From an uncultured Flavobacteriaceae bacterium (GTDB taxonomy: Bacteria > Bacteroidota > Bacteroidia > Flavobacteriales > Flavobacteriaceae), in the NCBI GenBank assembly GCA_964008075.1, contig CAXGAP010000001.1:12106-76105 (forward strand): a stretch of 64,000 nucleotides of DNA, in the 5' to 3' direction. The notes under the pieces are model-generated. The model was given only the letters and a program-made list of their open reading frames with translations, had not been told where the DNA came from and ran no database searches. The translations under genes were made by a program, and so were the position numbers. Positions 38,680-49,150 of this stretch are shown here, one piece after another (within the stretch, counting starts at the first letter, position 1; each line of letters starts with the position of its first letter).

Positions 38680-40072
38680 GGATTCCTTCCAAAAGTACAA
38701 CATTTTCTACGTGTTGAGTGTGGGGAAACATATCGACAGGCTGCACTTTTTTTACTGAATAATGACCACTCAACAGACTTAAATCTCGTGCTTGTGTCGC
38801 AGAATTACAACTCACATATACAATTCGTTTTGGTAAGATCTTAAGCAATTGCTTGACGACATCTTTGTGCATGCCCTCTCGAGGGGGATCTGTTATGACA
38901 ACATCTGGGGTGCCATGCGTTGCGATGAAATCATCCGTAAAAACTTTTTTCATATCGCCTGCAGCAAAATCTACGTTGGACAGTTTATTTCTCTTTGCAT
39001 TTTCTTTTGCTGCAACAATTGCTTCAGGAATTGCTTCAATCCCAACAACATGTTTTGCTTCCTTTGCAACAAATTGTGCAATGGTTCCCAAGCCAGTGTA
39101 GAGGTCATAAACAATCTCATTCCCAGTTAGACCAGCAAAATCACGAGTAATTTTATACAACTCATACGCTTGCATAGAGTTGGTTTGATAAAAAGACTTT
39201 GGCGTAATCCAAAAGCGCAACCCCTCCATTTCTTCTTCAATATGTGGATTTCTAGCATGTAAAATGACATCTAAATCATAGATGCTATCGTTTGCTTTTT
39301 GATTGATGATATAATGAAGTGAAGTGATTTGTGGGAACTTATCAATGATCGCTTCTAGTAAATCGTCTCTTTCTTTTTTATGATTTTCAAAAAACTGAAT
39401 GACTAACATGATCTGTCCAGTTGATGCTGTACGAATCATCATGCTGCGCAACTGCCCTGATTTATTCTTTAGATCATAATAACTCATCCCTTTATCCATG
39501 GCATATTGATGAATAAAATTTCGAATTTGATTCCCCGGCTCTTGTTGTAAAAAACATTCATCGATGTGTACAATCTTGTCCCACATTCGGGGTTTATGAA
39601 ACCCCAAAGCATTTCGATTAATCACTTCTCCAGATTCAATTTCAGCTTTGGTGAGCCATCGACTGCTGGAGAAGCTATACTCCATCTTGTTTCGATAATT
39701 ATATTGCAACTTGCTTGGTACAATTTTGTTAAGCGTAGGAAAATCAAAATCACCGATTTTCACAAAATTTTGATTGACCTCTTGTGCCTTGTGTTTCAAC
39801 TGTGCTGTGTATGAAAGATGTTGCCATTGACAACCGCCACAAGTTCCAAAGTGATCGCATTTGGCTGTTGTTCGGTCAGGGCTTGGAACGATTAACTTTT
39901 CGACCCGACCCTCAAAATAATTTTTCCTTTTTTTGTAAAGAAACACTAGAGCAATATCCCCAGGAACAGCCCCTTTTACAAAAATAACAACACCCTCATT
40001 TGTTCGTCCAATCGCCATTCCTTTGGCAGCGATTCCAGTAATGTTTAGCTCTATTGTTTGCTTTACTTTCAT
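38672..40072 (-). CDS. rlmD: 23S rRNA (uracil-C5)-methyltransferase RlmD/RumA type
   Basis: 466-aa ORF with a TRAM domain, Fe-S Cys motif CDHFGTCGGCQWQH and a SAM-MTase block DLYTGLGT. Confidence 0.88.
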   Translation of the reverse strand: MKVKQTIELNITGIAAKGMAIGRTNEGVVIFVKGAVPGDIALVFLYKKRKNYFEGRVEKLIVPSPDRTTAKCDHFGTCGGCQWQHLSYTAQLKHKAQEVNQNFVKIGDFDFPTLNKIVPSKLQYNYRNKMEYSFSSSRWLTKAEIESGEVINRNALGFHKPRMWDKIVHIDECFLQQEPGNQIRNFIHQYAMDKGMSYYDLKNKSGQLRSMMIRTASTGQIMLVIQFFENHKKERDDLLEAIIDKFPQITSLHYIINQKANDSIYDLDVILHARNPHIEEEMEGLRFWITPKSFYQTNSMQAYELYKITRDFAGLTGNEIVYDLYTGLGTIAQFVAKEAKHVVGIEAIPEAIVAAKENAKRNKLSNVDFAAGDMKKVFTDDFIATHGTPDVVITDPPREGMHKDVVKQLLKILPKRIVYVSCNSATQARDLSLLSGHYSVKKVQPVDMFPHTQHVENVVLLEGIHV

Positions 40073-40171
40073 TTCGATTGCAAAAATAGATAGCGTAACT
40101 CATATTTCATCAATTCAAATGCAATATTTCATACTTAATTTTTGTATTTTTAATAAATAAAATACTGTAAT

Positions 40172-43100
40172 ATGAAAAATTTATTAATGATATTTTTGAC
40201 AATATCCTATAACCTAGTTTCTTCATTTTGTTTTGCGCAAGAAGATGAAAAAAAGAGTGAATTGCAATCTGCTTTAAGTGGATTTTCTTTTCGTAGTGTA
40301 GGTCCTGCATTTATGTCTGGTCGTATTGCAGATATCGCAATTGATCCTACAAATGAAAATGTTTGGTACGTAGCAGTTGGTTCTGGGGGTACCTGGAAAA
40401 CCACAAATGCTGGAACAACTTGGACCCCACTTACTGATAACGAGTCCTTTTACTCAACTGGTTGCATCACTCTTGACCCAAACAACTCTTCAGTTGTGTG
40501 GTTGGGTACTGGAGAAAATGTTGGTGGCCGTCATGTTGGAATAGGGCATGGGATTTATCGCAGTACAGATGCTGGATCCTCGTGGCAAGATATGGGTTTG
40601 AAAAAATCAGAACATATCTCAAAAATCATTGTTCATCCAAACGATTCGAACACCATTTGGGTGGCGTCGCAAGGCCCTCTCTGGAGCTCTGGAGGGGAAA
40701 GAGGCTTGTACAAATCTACTGATGGTGGTAAAAATTGGGTGAACAAACTCAGCATCAACAAGTGGACAGGCGTTACTGATCTTGTCATTGATCCAACCAA
40801 CCCTGACATTTTGTATCTCGCAAGTTGGCAAAGACATCGAAACGTAGCTGCTCACATGGGCGGAGGTCCTGGAACTTCGCTGTACAAGACTGTTGATGGA
40901 GGCGAAACATGGGTTAAAATCGATAATGGACTTCCATCATCCAACATGGGTAAAATTGGATTGGCTATTTCTCCGATGAATCCTAAAATCCTATATGCAG
41001 CAATCGAGCTCGATCGTCGTAAAGGAGCAGTTTATCGTTCATCAGACAGTGGTGGTAGTTGGACAAAAATGTCAGACACAGTTTCTGGTGGTACAGGTCC
41101 TCACTACTATCAAGAGCTTGTTGCTTCTCCTCATCATTTCGATCGAATTTATTTGATGAATGTTCGTGCGCTTGTTTCTGAAGATGGCGGAAAAACATTC
41201 TATACTATGAGTGAAGCTAACAAACATTCTGACAATCATTCATTGACATTTAAAAAGAATGATCCAAACTATCTCCTTTTTGGTACTGATGGTGGTATTT
41301 ATGAATCCTTTGACGATTCCAAAACTTGGAAGTTCGTCAACAACCTCCCCTTAACGCAGTTTTATAAGCTCGCAGTTGATGATGCAGCACCTTTTTATAA
41401 CATTTATGGAGGTACGCAAGATAACAACACCCAAGGAGGCCCCTCACGCACGTTACGAACCAATGGCATATCAAATGCAGATTGGTATGTGTTACTCGGA
41501 GGGGATGGCCATCAACCTGCAACTGAGCCTGGCAACCCAGATATCGTTTATGCACAGTGGCAGCAAGGAAACCTTTATCGAATCGATAAAACCACTATGG
41601 AGTCCATATATATTAAGCCTCAAAGTGGCGTAGGAGAGCCATACGAACGCTATAATTGGGATTCGCCTATCCTTGTCAGTCATCACGACCCCAAACGATT
41701 GTATTTTGGAACTCAGCGTGTGTGGAGATCTGATAATCGTGGGGATAGCTGGACACCAATTTCACAAGACTTGACAAAAGATGAAGAACGGTTGGCTTTA
41801 CCTATCATGGGGCGTCAGCAAAGTTTTGACAATCCTTGGGATGTGTATGCAATGTCAACCTACAATACGATCACATCACTAAGCGAATCAACATCAAACC
41901 CTGATCTTTTATATGCTGGTACAGATGATGGAATTATCCAATACACCAATGATGGAGGGGATTCTTGGACAAAAATGACGGTTGATAAGCTACCTGGATC
42001 CCCATCAACAGCATTTGTCAATGATATAAAGGTAGATCTTCACAATGACCAAGTGGCTTATGTAGCCCTTGATAATCATAAATATGGAGATTATTCGCCT
42101 TACCTCTATAAGACCACAAATGGGGGAGAAAAATGGGTGTCAATTACAAAAGGCATACCTGATGGAACGCTGGTTTGGAGAATTGTACAAGACCACATTA
42201 ACCCCAACTTATTGTTTCTTGCAACAGAGTATGGCGTTTATATGAGTTTGAATCAAGGAAGTGAGTGGCACAAATTTTCAACTGGTTTACCTACCATTTC
42301 AGTTCGTGATCTTGCCATTCAAAAAAGGGAAAACGATCTTGTTTTAGCGACCTTTGGGCGCAGTTTTTATGTGTTGGATGATTATAGCCCATTGCGCGAC
42401 ATCAAAGCTGAAAGCCTACAACAATCGGCGATGCTATTTAAACCTCGAAATGCACTTCAGTATCACCAAATTCGAGGGGGAACCTCTAGTCAAGGGGGGT
42501 CATTTTATACTGCAGAAAATCCAAAATATGGCGCCATGTTTACCTTTTATCTCAAAGAGGCTCATATGACGCTGAAGTCTTCTCGTCAAAAGACAGAAAA
42601 GGACAAAAAGACAGCAGATATTCCATTCCCAGGATGGGAGGCACTTGATGCAGAGAAAAATGAATCAAAACCACAGTTGGTTTTAGTGATTGAAGATGAA
42701 TCCGGAGAAGTCGTTGATCGAATTTATGCTCCTCACAAAAATGGAGTTCAGCGTGTGAATTGGGACTTGAAGCAGCCCTATATCAGCGTTGCAGATGCCA
42801 ACTCGAAGCGAAAAACGCTGAACGCTTTACGCCTCGACGTTGAACCTGGCAATTATACAGTGCGTTTACATCAACAGATTGATGGAAAAATCACAGCGCT
42901 TGCAGGGCCACAAACTTTTGAAGTGGAGCAAATTCGAAAAAATGTTTTAGAGAATCCTATTGCTGACCAGCGTTACAAGTTTATTGAGAAATTGGTCGCT
43001 CTAGATAAAGCGATTGATATTGCAAATCATTCATTTGAAAAATCTTCAAAACATTTAAAAACACTTCTAAAGGCACTTCCTTATGTCGATAACAGTCAGG

Positions 43101-43408
43101 TGGATTTGTCATCAAGGTTGCACAGTTTGCGTGAGTTAATGAATGAAATCAGCAGGTTGATGGAAGGTAGTTCGTCTAAGGCTGAAGTGGGCGAAAAGGA
43201 TGACCTCACATTATCCTATCGATTGTATTTTGCAGCAAGTGGACTGTATGGCAACTCCTATGGACCAACGCCACTTCACATGAAAAGCTTTGAGGTTGCT
43301 GAGAACTTGTTTACAGAAATCAATCCGATGATTACATCATTTGTTTCGGCAGTTAAGGCAGTATCATCTCAAATGGAAGCTGCTGGCGCGCCAGTTGTAC
43401 TGGACTAG
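40172..43408 (+). CDS. large secreted BNR/Asp-box repeat protein (sortilin/VPS10-like beta-propeller)
   Basis: 1078-aa ORF with a signal peptide and at least 10 SxDxGxTW-like boxes (TDAGSSW, TDGGKNW, VDGGETW, SDSGGSW, NDGGDSW, TNGGEKW ...). Confidence 0.75.
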   Translation: MKNLLMIFLTISYNLVSSFCFAQEDEKKSELQSALSGFSFRSVGPAFMSGRIADIAIDPTNENVWYVAVGSGGTWKTTNAGTTWTPLTDNESFYSTGCITLDPNNSSVVWLGTGENVGGRHVGIGHGIYRSTDAGSSWQDMGLKKSEHISKIIVHPNDSNTIWVASQGPLWSSGGERGLYKSTDGGKNWVNKLSINKWTGVTDLVIDPTNPDILYLASWQRHRNVAAHMGGGPGTSLYKTVDGGETWVKIDNGLPSSNMGKIGLAISPMNPKILYAAIELDRRKGAVYRSSDSGGSWTKMSDTVSGGTGPHYYQELVASPHHFDRIYLMNVRALVSEDGGKTFYTMSEANKHSDNHSLTFKKNDPNYLLFGTDGGIYESFDDSKTWKFVNNLPLTQFYKLAVDDAAPFYNIYGGTQDNNTQGGPSRTLRTNGISNADWYVLLGGDGHQPATEPGNPDIVYAQWQQGNLYRIDKTTMESIYIKPQSGVGEPYERYNWDSPILVSHHDPKRLYFGTQRVWRSDNRGDSWTPISQDLTKDEERLALPIMGRQQSFDNPWDVYAMSTYNTITSLSESTSNPDLLYAGTDDGIIQYTNDGGDSWTKMTVDKLPGSPSTAFVNDIKVDLHNDQVAYVALDNHKYGDYSPYLYKTTNGGEKWVSITKGIPDGTLVWRIVQDHINPNLLFLATEYGVYMSLNQGSEWHKFSTGLPTISVRDLAIQKRENDLVLATFGRSFYVLDDYSPLRDIKAESLQQSAMLFKPRNALQYHQIRGGTSSQGGSFYTAENPKYGAMFTFYLKEAHMTLKSSRQKTEKDKKTADIPFPGWEALDAEKNESKPQLVLVIEDESGEVVDRIYAPHKNGVQRVNWDLKQPYISVADANSKRKTLNALRLDVEPGNYTVRLHQQIDGKITALAGPQTFEVEQIRKNVLENPIADQRYKFIEKLVALDKAIDIANHSFEKSSKHLKTLLKALPYVDNSQVDLSSRLHSLRELMNEISRLMEGSSSKAEVGEKDDLTLSYRLYFAASGLYGNSYGPTPLHMKSFEVAENLFTEINPMITSFVSAVKAVSSQMEAAGAPVVLD

Positions 43409-44472
43409 TCGTTTAGGAAATGATGTAGCAGCAAACCAACAACCAAGCTATAGCTATTGATACCTGCTGATTGGCTGTTTGCCTTTAGGTAGGTATCATA
43501 ACTTTTTTTAAATAAGGGTTCAAAAGGATTTGTGTAATTCTGCCAAAACGCTGACAACTGTTGAAACTGTTTTATGACACCTTTATCGATGTCTTGATAG
43601 AGAAGCTGGTAATCAATATCCTCTCTCTTTCTACATTCTGAAAGCGCATATCCCAAAGCAAGGTGATAGCCAGCATATTGCATATATGCATTGTCAGATT
43701 TTATTGCTGCGTCGATTGCAATAAAGTTGGCCTCTTCTTCTGCTGCATAGCCCAACTGATGTGCAATCTCGTGGGCAGCTGTTGTGAGTATTCGCAGTTT
43801 GGGTTGACGCGTATTGACTTGAGCCTCAAGGGTAAAGGGATTTAAATAACCCCCATAGCCCATATAACTCAAGAGCAAACCAAAAGATGATTTTTTGATA
43901 TTGGGGGTAGGATATCGGTGTTGCTTTTGAATCGCTTGCGTGGCAACATCAAAAATTTGCCTGTTAGAATAATTGATTTCGACTACAACGCTATCATTTT
44001 GCGCTAGCTTTTCATGCAATTGATTTGTTTGCTGAATGAGGTGTTGCGCAAAGGCTTCTAATTCCTCTGACAAATAGCTCGATGGCACATTATTTTGAAT
44101 CGATAAAGGCGTTTGATGATAATTGAAACCCCACTGCAGATGAAACACAAAGAACAGAATCCCAAACCATCCCAGGGTTTTAACGAGTGTTGCACGAAGA
44201 CGCAAGAGCTTGAAATAAAATATATGTTTTAGCACAAAGTAACAACCAATTGAATAGAATATATCCCCTATTGAAAAAGGAATCCAAGCTGTCAGTCGTA
44301 TGCTCAGTTGAGACAGCCAGGCATAATTTCCTTGTGTATAAAATTGATCAATAAGATCAGGCGAACGCTTAATCCATTGCAGGAACAGCCATTGCGGAAT
44401 GATTGAAATTGCAAAGAATCGATACCAGCGCAACCCTCGATTTCTACTCCAATCCGACCACTTCAACCTCAA
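43405..44472 (-). CDS. DUF3810-type membrane zinc-metalloprotease-like protein
   Basis: 355-aa ORF with N-terminal TM segments and a HEIAHQLG (HExxH) motif. Start is TTG at 44472 or TTG at 44433. Confidence 0.6.
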   Translation of the reverse strand: MRLKWSDWSRNRGLRWYRFFAISIIPQWLFLQWIKRSPDLIDQFYTQGNYAWLSQLSIRLTAWIPFSIGDIFYSIGCYFVLKHIFYFKLLRLRATLVKTLGWFGILFFVFHLQWGFNYHQTPLSIQNNVPSSYLSEELEAFAQHLIQQTNQLHEKLAQNDSVVVEINYSNRQIFDVATQAIQKQHRYPTPNIKKSSFGLLLSYMGYGGYLNPFTLEAQVNTRQPKLRILTTAAHEIAHQLGYAAEEEANFIAIDAAIKSDNAYMQYAGYHLALGYALSECRKREDIDYQLLYQDIDKGVIKQFQQLSAFWQNYTNPFEPLFKKSYDTYLKANSQSAGINSYSLVVGLLLHHFLND

Positions 44473-45469
44473 AAATTAGATTTGTTTGAGGTGGGATACC
44501 ACGTCCACCACTTGCGCCATATGCTAGTTCATAAGGTAAATAAAGGGTTGCTTTGTCCCCCACTGATAATAGTCGTAAACCTTCTTTAAATCCAGTAATC
44601 ATTGCAGCACTAGCATCCACGCGAGCAGGGATTGGCTGATAAGGTCGGTTAGGATTGTACATATTATATGCTCTTGCAACATCCTCAAGACTGGTATCTA
44701 ACAAGCGTCCATCCTCAAAATAAACAGCATAATGTGTCAATACAGTTTTATCTGTCGAAACTGCTTCTCCATCCCCCTCAGTGGTAATCACAACCCCAAG
44801 ACCACTGTCTGTGTATGTCGCAGATTGCTCCAACGCTAACAAGGCATCTCGCTTATAGTTTTTCACTTTATCTTTTTCTAAAAAATAGTTTTCAAAAGTG
44901 GTGGCAGCATCAAACTTTTTGGCATCCCTTCCTTTTCGAATGATGGTAATACCAATTATGGTATCGTTTTGCGTAATCGAATCCACAACCGATTGCCCCT
45001 GAGTTACGCGACCAAACACTGTGTGTTTTCCATCGAGCCAAGGGGTTTCTTTGTGAGTGATAAAAAACTGACTCCCGTTTGTGCTAGGACCAGCATTTGC
45101 CATCGATAAAACGCCTGGACCATCATGCTTTAGTTCAGGTACAATTTCATCGTCAAATCTATACCCAGGATTGCCTTGTCCAGTGCCAGTTGGATCTCCA
45201 CCCTGTATCATGAAATTCTGAATGACCCTGTGAAAAATCAAGCCATCATAGTATGGTTTGCCAATGTAAATAGAATCAACTTGTATGTTTGTACCCTCTG
45301 CCAATGAAACAAAATTTGCCACTGTCACTGGTGTTTGGTCATAAGTCAATTGCAATTGAATTTCTCCTTTGTTGGTATTGACTTTGGCATAGATGCCATC
45401 CTCAAGCTTGGGAGAGCAACTCAAAATGGCTAAAACAATGATCGCTGTGAAAAGGTGTGTGATTTTCAT
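44444..45469 (-). CDS. dual-family peptidyl-prolyl isomerase lipoprotein (N-terminal cyclophilin + C-terminal FKBP domain)
   Basis: Lipobox LAILSC. Cyclophilin block [15 protein letters not shown]...[16 protein letters not shown] and FKBP block [15 protein letters not shown]...LIFEVEVV. Confidence 0.85.
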   Translation of the reverse strand: MKITHLFTAIIVLAILSCSPKLEDGIYAKVNTNKGEIQLQLTYDQTPVTVANFVSLAEGTNIQVDSIYIGKPYYDGLIFHRVIQNFMIQGGDPTGTGQGNPGYRFDDEIVPELKHDGPGVLSMANAGPSTNGSQFFITHKETPWLDGKHTVFGRVTQGQSVVDSITQNDTIIGITIIRKGRDAKKFDAATTFENYFLEKDKVKNYKRDALLALEQSATYTDSGLGVVITTEGDGEAVSTDKTVLTHYAVYFEDGRLLDTSLEDVARAYNMYNPNRPYQPIPARVDASAAMITGFKEGLRLLSVGDKATLYLPYELAYGASGGRGIPPQTNLIFEVEVVGLE

Positions 45470-46002
45470 GATAATTTATTTTGAATTAAAGGTATATAAA
45501 TACGTGCAATTATGGGTGTGTATGGACTAATGGATGATCCATCACCTGAAGAACCATAGGCCAAAAAAGAGGTCAACACGACTGAAGTTTCAACCCCAAT
45601 AGGTATGTGTGGGAGTGTCAAAACAATGCCTTGTGGCACATCTTGATTGGAGACTGGATTCTGAAAGATTTTCCAATCATATATTGGTTCTCCATTTAGG
45701 TGTTCGAAAAGGATATAAATTTTTTTTAGGTTTTCTGGGGGAAGAATTGGACGATTCTTTGGGTTGTTATAGCTGTAAAATATGCCATGTGGCGTTTCTG
45801 AAAATGCAGACGTTTGAGATTTTAACCACTGTTCAATCACTTCAACCTCACGAGCTAGCCTCAACTGATTTTCTAGAGCAGAATTTTCGATGTGCTGACT
45901 TTTTGATTGCTGTATGGGTTTACGCGCTTGCTGTTCAGTGCAACTCTGCAGCGTACACATAACAAATGTATACACTATACCTTTGATAAGTCTTCCTCGC
46001 AT
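45466..46002 (-). CDS. FKBP-like lipoprotein, possibly the gliding-motility PPIase GldI
   Basis: 178-aa ORF with lipobox TLQSC and a degenerate FKBP C-terminal block ([14 protein letters not shown]). The GldI call rests on size, lipoprotein nature and context only. Confidence 0.4.
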   Translation of the reverse strand: MRGRLIKGIVYTFVMCTLQSCTEQQARKPIQQSKSQHIENSALENQLRLAREVEVIEQWLKSQTSAFSETPHGIFYSYNNPKNRPILPPENLKKIYILFEHLNGEPIYDWKIFQNPVSNQDVPQGIVLTLPHIPIGVETSVVLTSFLAYGSSGDGSSISPYTPIIARIYIPLIQNKLS

Positions 46003-46994
46003 TGTTCTAATTTTTTGATCAGTAGTTTGTGTGTGTCTTCAAGCGAAAGGTCCGACTTTCCGCCAGCAGCATTATGGTGCCCACCACCTGAAAAATTTTC
46101 ACGCGCAAAATCATTGACAGAAAAGTTTCCTTTAGACCTGAATGACATTTTTACAAAACCATCTGTCGGATGTTCAATCATCAATACTGCCAGCACACAA
46201 TTTGAGATGCTCAATCCATAATTGACGATTCCTTCTGAGTCGCCCTTTTGAAAATTACATGCTGTGAGTTCTACATGACTAAGGGTGATGGTTGCAGTGC
46301 GTAAGCATTCATCAAAACGTAGATTGTTCAGCGCAATCCCTAAAAGTTGAAGCCTTCCCAAATGGGCAGTATCCTTCACAAGACGACTAATCTCAGTTGG
46401 ATTTGCTCCTTCTTCAATCAAATGAGCTACGACTCTATGCGTTGTTGGTGTTACTGACGGGAAACGAAAAGAGCCTGTATCAGTCAAAATACCCAAATAG
46501 AGTGCTGTGGCTATGTTGACATCTATTTGGTCTCCACCCCCGAGGCCTGCAATGATATGATAAACCAATTCGCATGTCGACCCCAATGATGGGTAGGAAA
46601 ATGTGAGGTCTGCAAATTCATCAGGTTCTTGATGATGATCGATGATTATTTTTTTCGCAGTACTTTTCGACACTTCAACGCCCATCTCACCAATTCTTTT
46701 TAGCGTATTAAAATCAAGTGTAAAAATGAGATCTGCTCGTTCAATCAGACCTTTTGCATTGGTTGGATTTTCTTCAAAAATCGACACAGCAGAAGAGCCA
46801 GGTACCCATTTCAAAAAATCAGGGTATTGATTGGGACTAATCACCTCAACGTGATGACTGTATTGCAGAAGAAAATGCATCCATCCAAGACTACTTCCTA
46901 TGGCATCACCATCTGGGTTGGTGTGGGGGATAATGACGATGCTTTTTGGCGTATCCAATAGCGATTGTAGTTCCTGAATATTTTTGATTTTCAT
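45975..46994 (-). CDS. nrnA: DHH/DHHA1 phosphoesterase (NrnA-like oligoribonuclease / pAp phosphatase)
   Basis: Motifs HTNPDGDAIGS, DHH (IIDHHQ) and GGGHHNAAGG. Start trimmed from 47108 to MKIKNIQEL. Confidence 0.8.
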   Translation of the reverse strand: MKIKNIQELQSLLDTPKSIVIIPHTNPDGDAIGSSLGWMHFLLQYSHHVEVISPNQYPDFLKWVPGSSAVSIFEENPTNAKGLIERADLIFTLDFNTLKRIGEMGVEVSKSTAKKIIIDHHQEPDEFADLTFSYPSLGSTCELVYHIIAGLGGGDQIDVNIATALYLGILTDTGSFRFPSVTPTTHRVVAHLIEEGANPTEISRLVKDTAHLGRLQLLGIALNNLRFDECLRTATITLSHVELTACNFQKGDSEGIVNYGLSISNCVLAVLMIEHPTDGFVKMSFRSKGNFSVNDFARENFSGGGHHNAAGGKSDLSLEDTHKLLIKKLEQCEEDLSKV

Positions 46995-47084
46995 AGACTG
47001 CGAAGATACATAATGATTAGTTGTCAGTAAACACACGACATTTTGTATTTTTGATTTTTCTAATTCATCATCAAAGTTCACATT

Positions 47085-47372
47085 GTGCGCATAAATTTTT
47101 TTAAACAACGAACCAATAGGCGCTTTAATTATACGCCTAGGTATTTTATAGGTAAAAAGGATGAAAACCCCTATGATTTTGATTCTACCTTTTCAAAATA
47201 TAGAGACATCGCCAATTCAAATGATTTTGGCGCCCATTGGCAAGCAGCAAGACAGCAAAGACGAAACAGGTCAAACAGAGGGTTTTCACGCCTATTCTTT
47301 ATCATCCTCATCTCACTTACTCTTATTGCTTTGTATATACTCGACTTTGATTTGTCTATTTTTAAAAATTAG
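47085..47372 (+). CDS. small protein with basic N-terminal region and C-terminal TM anchor (function unknown)
   Basis: 95-aa ORF with a GTG start that ends 2 nt before mutL. It is preferred over the overlapping 73-aa frame. Confidence 0.45.
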   Translation: MRINFFKQRTNRRFNYTPRYFIGKKDENPYDFDSTFSKYRDIANSNDFGAHWQAARQQRRNRSNRGFSRLFFIILISLTLIALYILDFDLSIFKN

Positions 47373-47374
47373 AA

Positions 47375-49150
47375 ATGCCTGATATCATTTCTTTACTGCC
47401 AGATCATGTAGCTAATCAGATTGCTGCTGGTGAAGTCGTTCAACGACCAGCTTCGGTTGTAAAAGAACTTCTGGAAAATGCCATTGATGCAGGAGCTACT
47501 TCTATCAAACTCATTATTAAGGATGCTGGCAAAGCAATGATTCAAGTCATTGATAATGGAAAAGGGATGACAACAACAGATGCTCGACTTTGTTTCGAGC
47601 GTCATGCCACCTCCAAAATCAAGAAAGCAGAAGACTTATTCTCGATTTCGACCAAAGGTTTTCGGGGAGAGGCTTTGGCTAGTATCGCTGCGATTTCGCA
47701 AGTACGTATGCGCACAAAAACGAAAAATGATGAGGTTGGAACCGAAATTATTTCCGAGGGTAGTGAGATCAAAGACCAGCAAGCTGTAGCTACCGAAACA
47801 GGCTGCTCGATGGCTGTTAAAAATTTGTTTTTCAACATTCCTGCAAGACGAAATTTTTTGAAGTCAAACAATGTTGAGCAGCGTCATATGATTGATGAGT
47901 TTCAGCGTGTGGCATTGGTTCATCACCAAGTGCGATTTGAGTTTTATAACAACGACACCATTCTTTTTCAGCTCGAACCTACAAAATTACGCCAACGTAT
48001 TGTACAAGTGTTTGGTAAAAACACCAACGAAAAATTAGTGCCTGTGCAAGAGTCAACCGATATCCTGAACGTAAACGGATTTATTTTTAAACCAGAATTT
48101 TCAAAAAAATCAAGGCAACATCAATTCTTTTTTGTCAACGATCGTTTTATCAAAAGCCCGTACCTTCATCATGCAGTAATGGCAGCATTCGAGGGTCTTT
48201 TGGCACCTGGGATGCAACCTGGCTATATGCTGTATTTGACTGTCCCTACTGACACTATCGATGTCAACATTCATCCTACAAAAACAGAAATCAAATTTGA
48301 AGATGACCATTCGTTATATGCTATCATCCGATCTGCTCTGAAGCATAGTTTGGGACAATTTAATGTCAGTCCTGTACTCGATTTTGATCGCAATCAATCC
48401 TTTGATGTTCCTCTGGGTAGTAAGCCTCCGAATCAATCACCTAGCATTCAGGTTGATCGAAAATTTAACCCTTTTGATGAGAAACAAAAAGAGTCTTCGT
48501 GGGAACCTTTATATGAGGGTTTTCAAAACATTGATTTGCCCAATCGAGACAATGAGAAGATTTTTGATAACAATCCAATAGAATGTGACTTGCCATGCTT
48601 TCAACTCCAAAAAAAATATATCGTTACAAAGGGATCAGAAGGTCTGCTTCTTGTGCATCAACATCGTGCGCACGAGCGCGTTTTATACGATTCTTTTCTT
48701 CGCCAATTTGAAGACAGAAGTGTTCCTTCGCAGGTTTTAGCGTTTCCTATCCAAGTGGATATGAACCAACAGCAGTTTGCCGAATTTAGTCCTCATCAAA
48801 AAACTTTGGAACTTATGGGTTTTTCGTTTGGAAATGCAGATGCCAACGCCTTGGAGATCACAGCAATTCACAACAGTTTATCGCTCGATTCAGTTCCTGA
48901 TCTGCTGTCTAATTTTCTCGAGGAGATCGAAAATGATCCATTGATAAAGGGTGTAAAGCTCAGTCGATTGTTGGCAAAAATAATGGCAAAGCATGGTTCA
49001 ATTCGCGCAGGTGCAGACTTGCATCAGCACGCTCAATCTCGATTGATAAAAGATTTATTTTTATGTGATGAGCCCTCGAGATGCCCAGATGGAAAACTTA
49101 TATTTGTCTCGATGACTACTAAAGATTTAGAAAATAAATTGAACGTATGA
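47375..49150 (+). CDS. mutL: DNA mismatch repair protein MutL
   Basis: 591-aa ORF with the GHKL ATPase motif IAAGEVVQRPASVVKELLENAIDAG. Confidence 0.93.
   Translation: MPDIISLLPDHVANQIAAGEVVQRPASVVKELLENAIDAGATSIKLIIKDAGKAMIQVIDNGKGMTTTDARLCFERHATSKIKKAEDLFSISTKGFRGEALASIAAISQVRMRTKTKNDEVGTEIISEGSEIKDQQAVATETGCSMAVKNLFFNIPARRNFLKSNNVEQRHMIDEFQRVALVHHQVRFEFYNNDTILFQLEPTKLRQRIVQVFGKNTNEKLVPVQESTDILNVNGFIFKPEFSKKSRQHQFFFVNDRFIKSPYLHHAVMAAFEGLLAPGMQPGYMLYLTVPTDTIDVNIHPTKTEIKFEDDHSLYAIIRSALKHSLGQFNVSPVLDFDRNQSFDVPLGSKPPNQSPSIQVDRKFNPFDEKQKESSWEPLYEGFQNIDLPNRDNEKIFDNNPIECDLPCFQLQKKYIVTKGSEGLLLVHQHRAHERVLYDSFLRQFEDRSVPSQVLAFPIQVDMNQQQFAEFSPHQKTLELMGFSFGNADANALEITAIHNSLSLDSVPDLLSNFLEEIENDPLIKGVKLSRLLAKIMAKHGSIRAGADLHQHAQSRLIKDLFLCDEPSRCPDGKLIFVSMTTKDLENKLNV

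Noticed and set aside
47161-47382. 73-aa ORF overlapping the 95-aa small ORF upstream of mutL.
   Set aside because: It runs into the mutL start and has no TM or motif logic. The 95-aa frame ends 2 nt before mutL and has a clear C-terminal membrane anchor.
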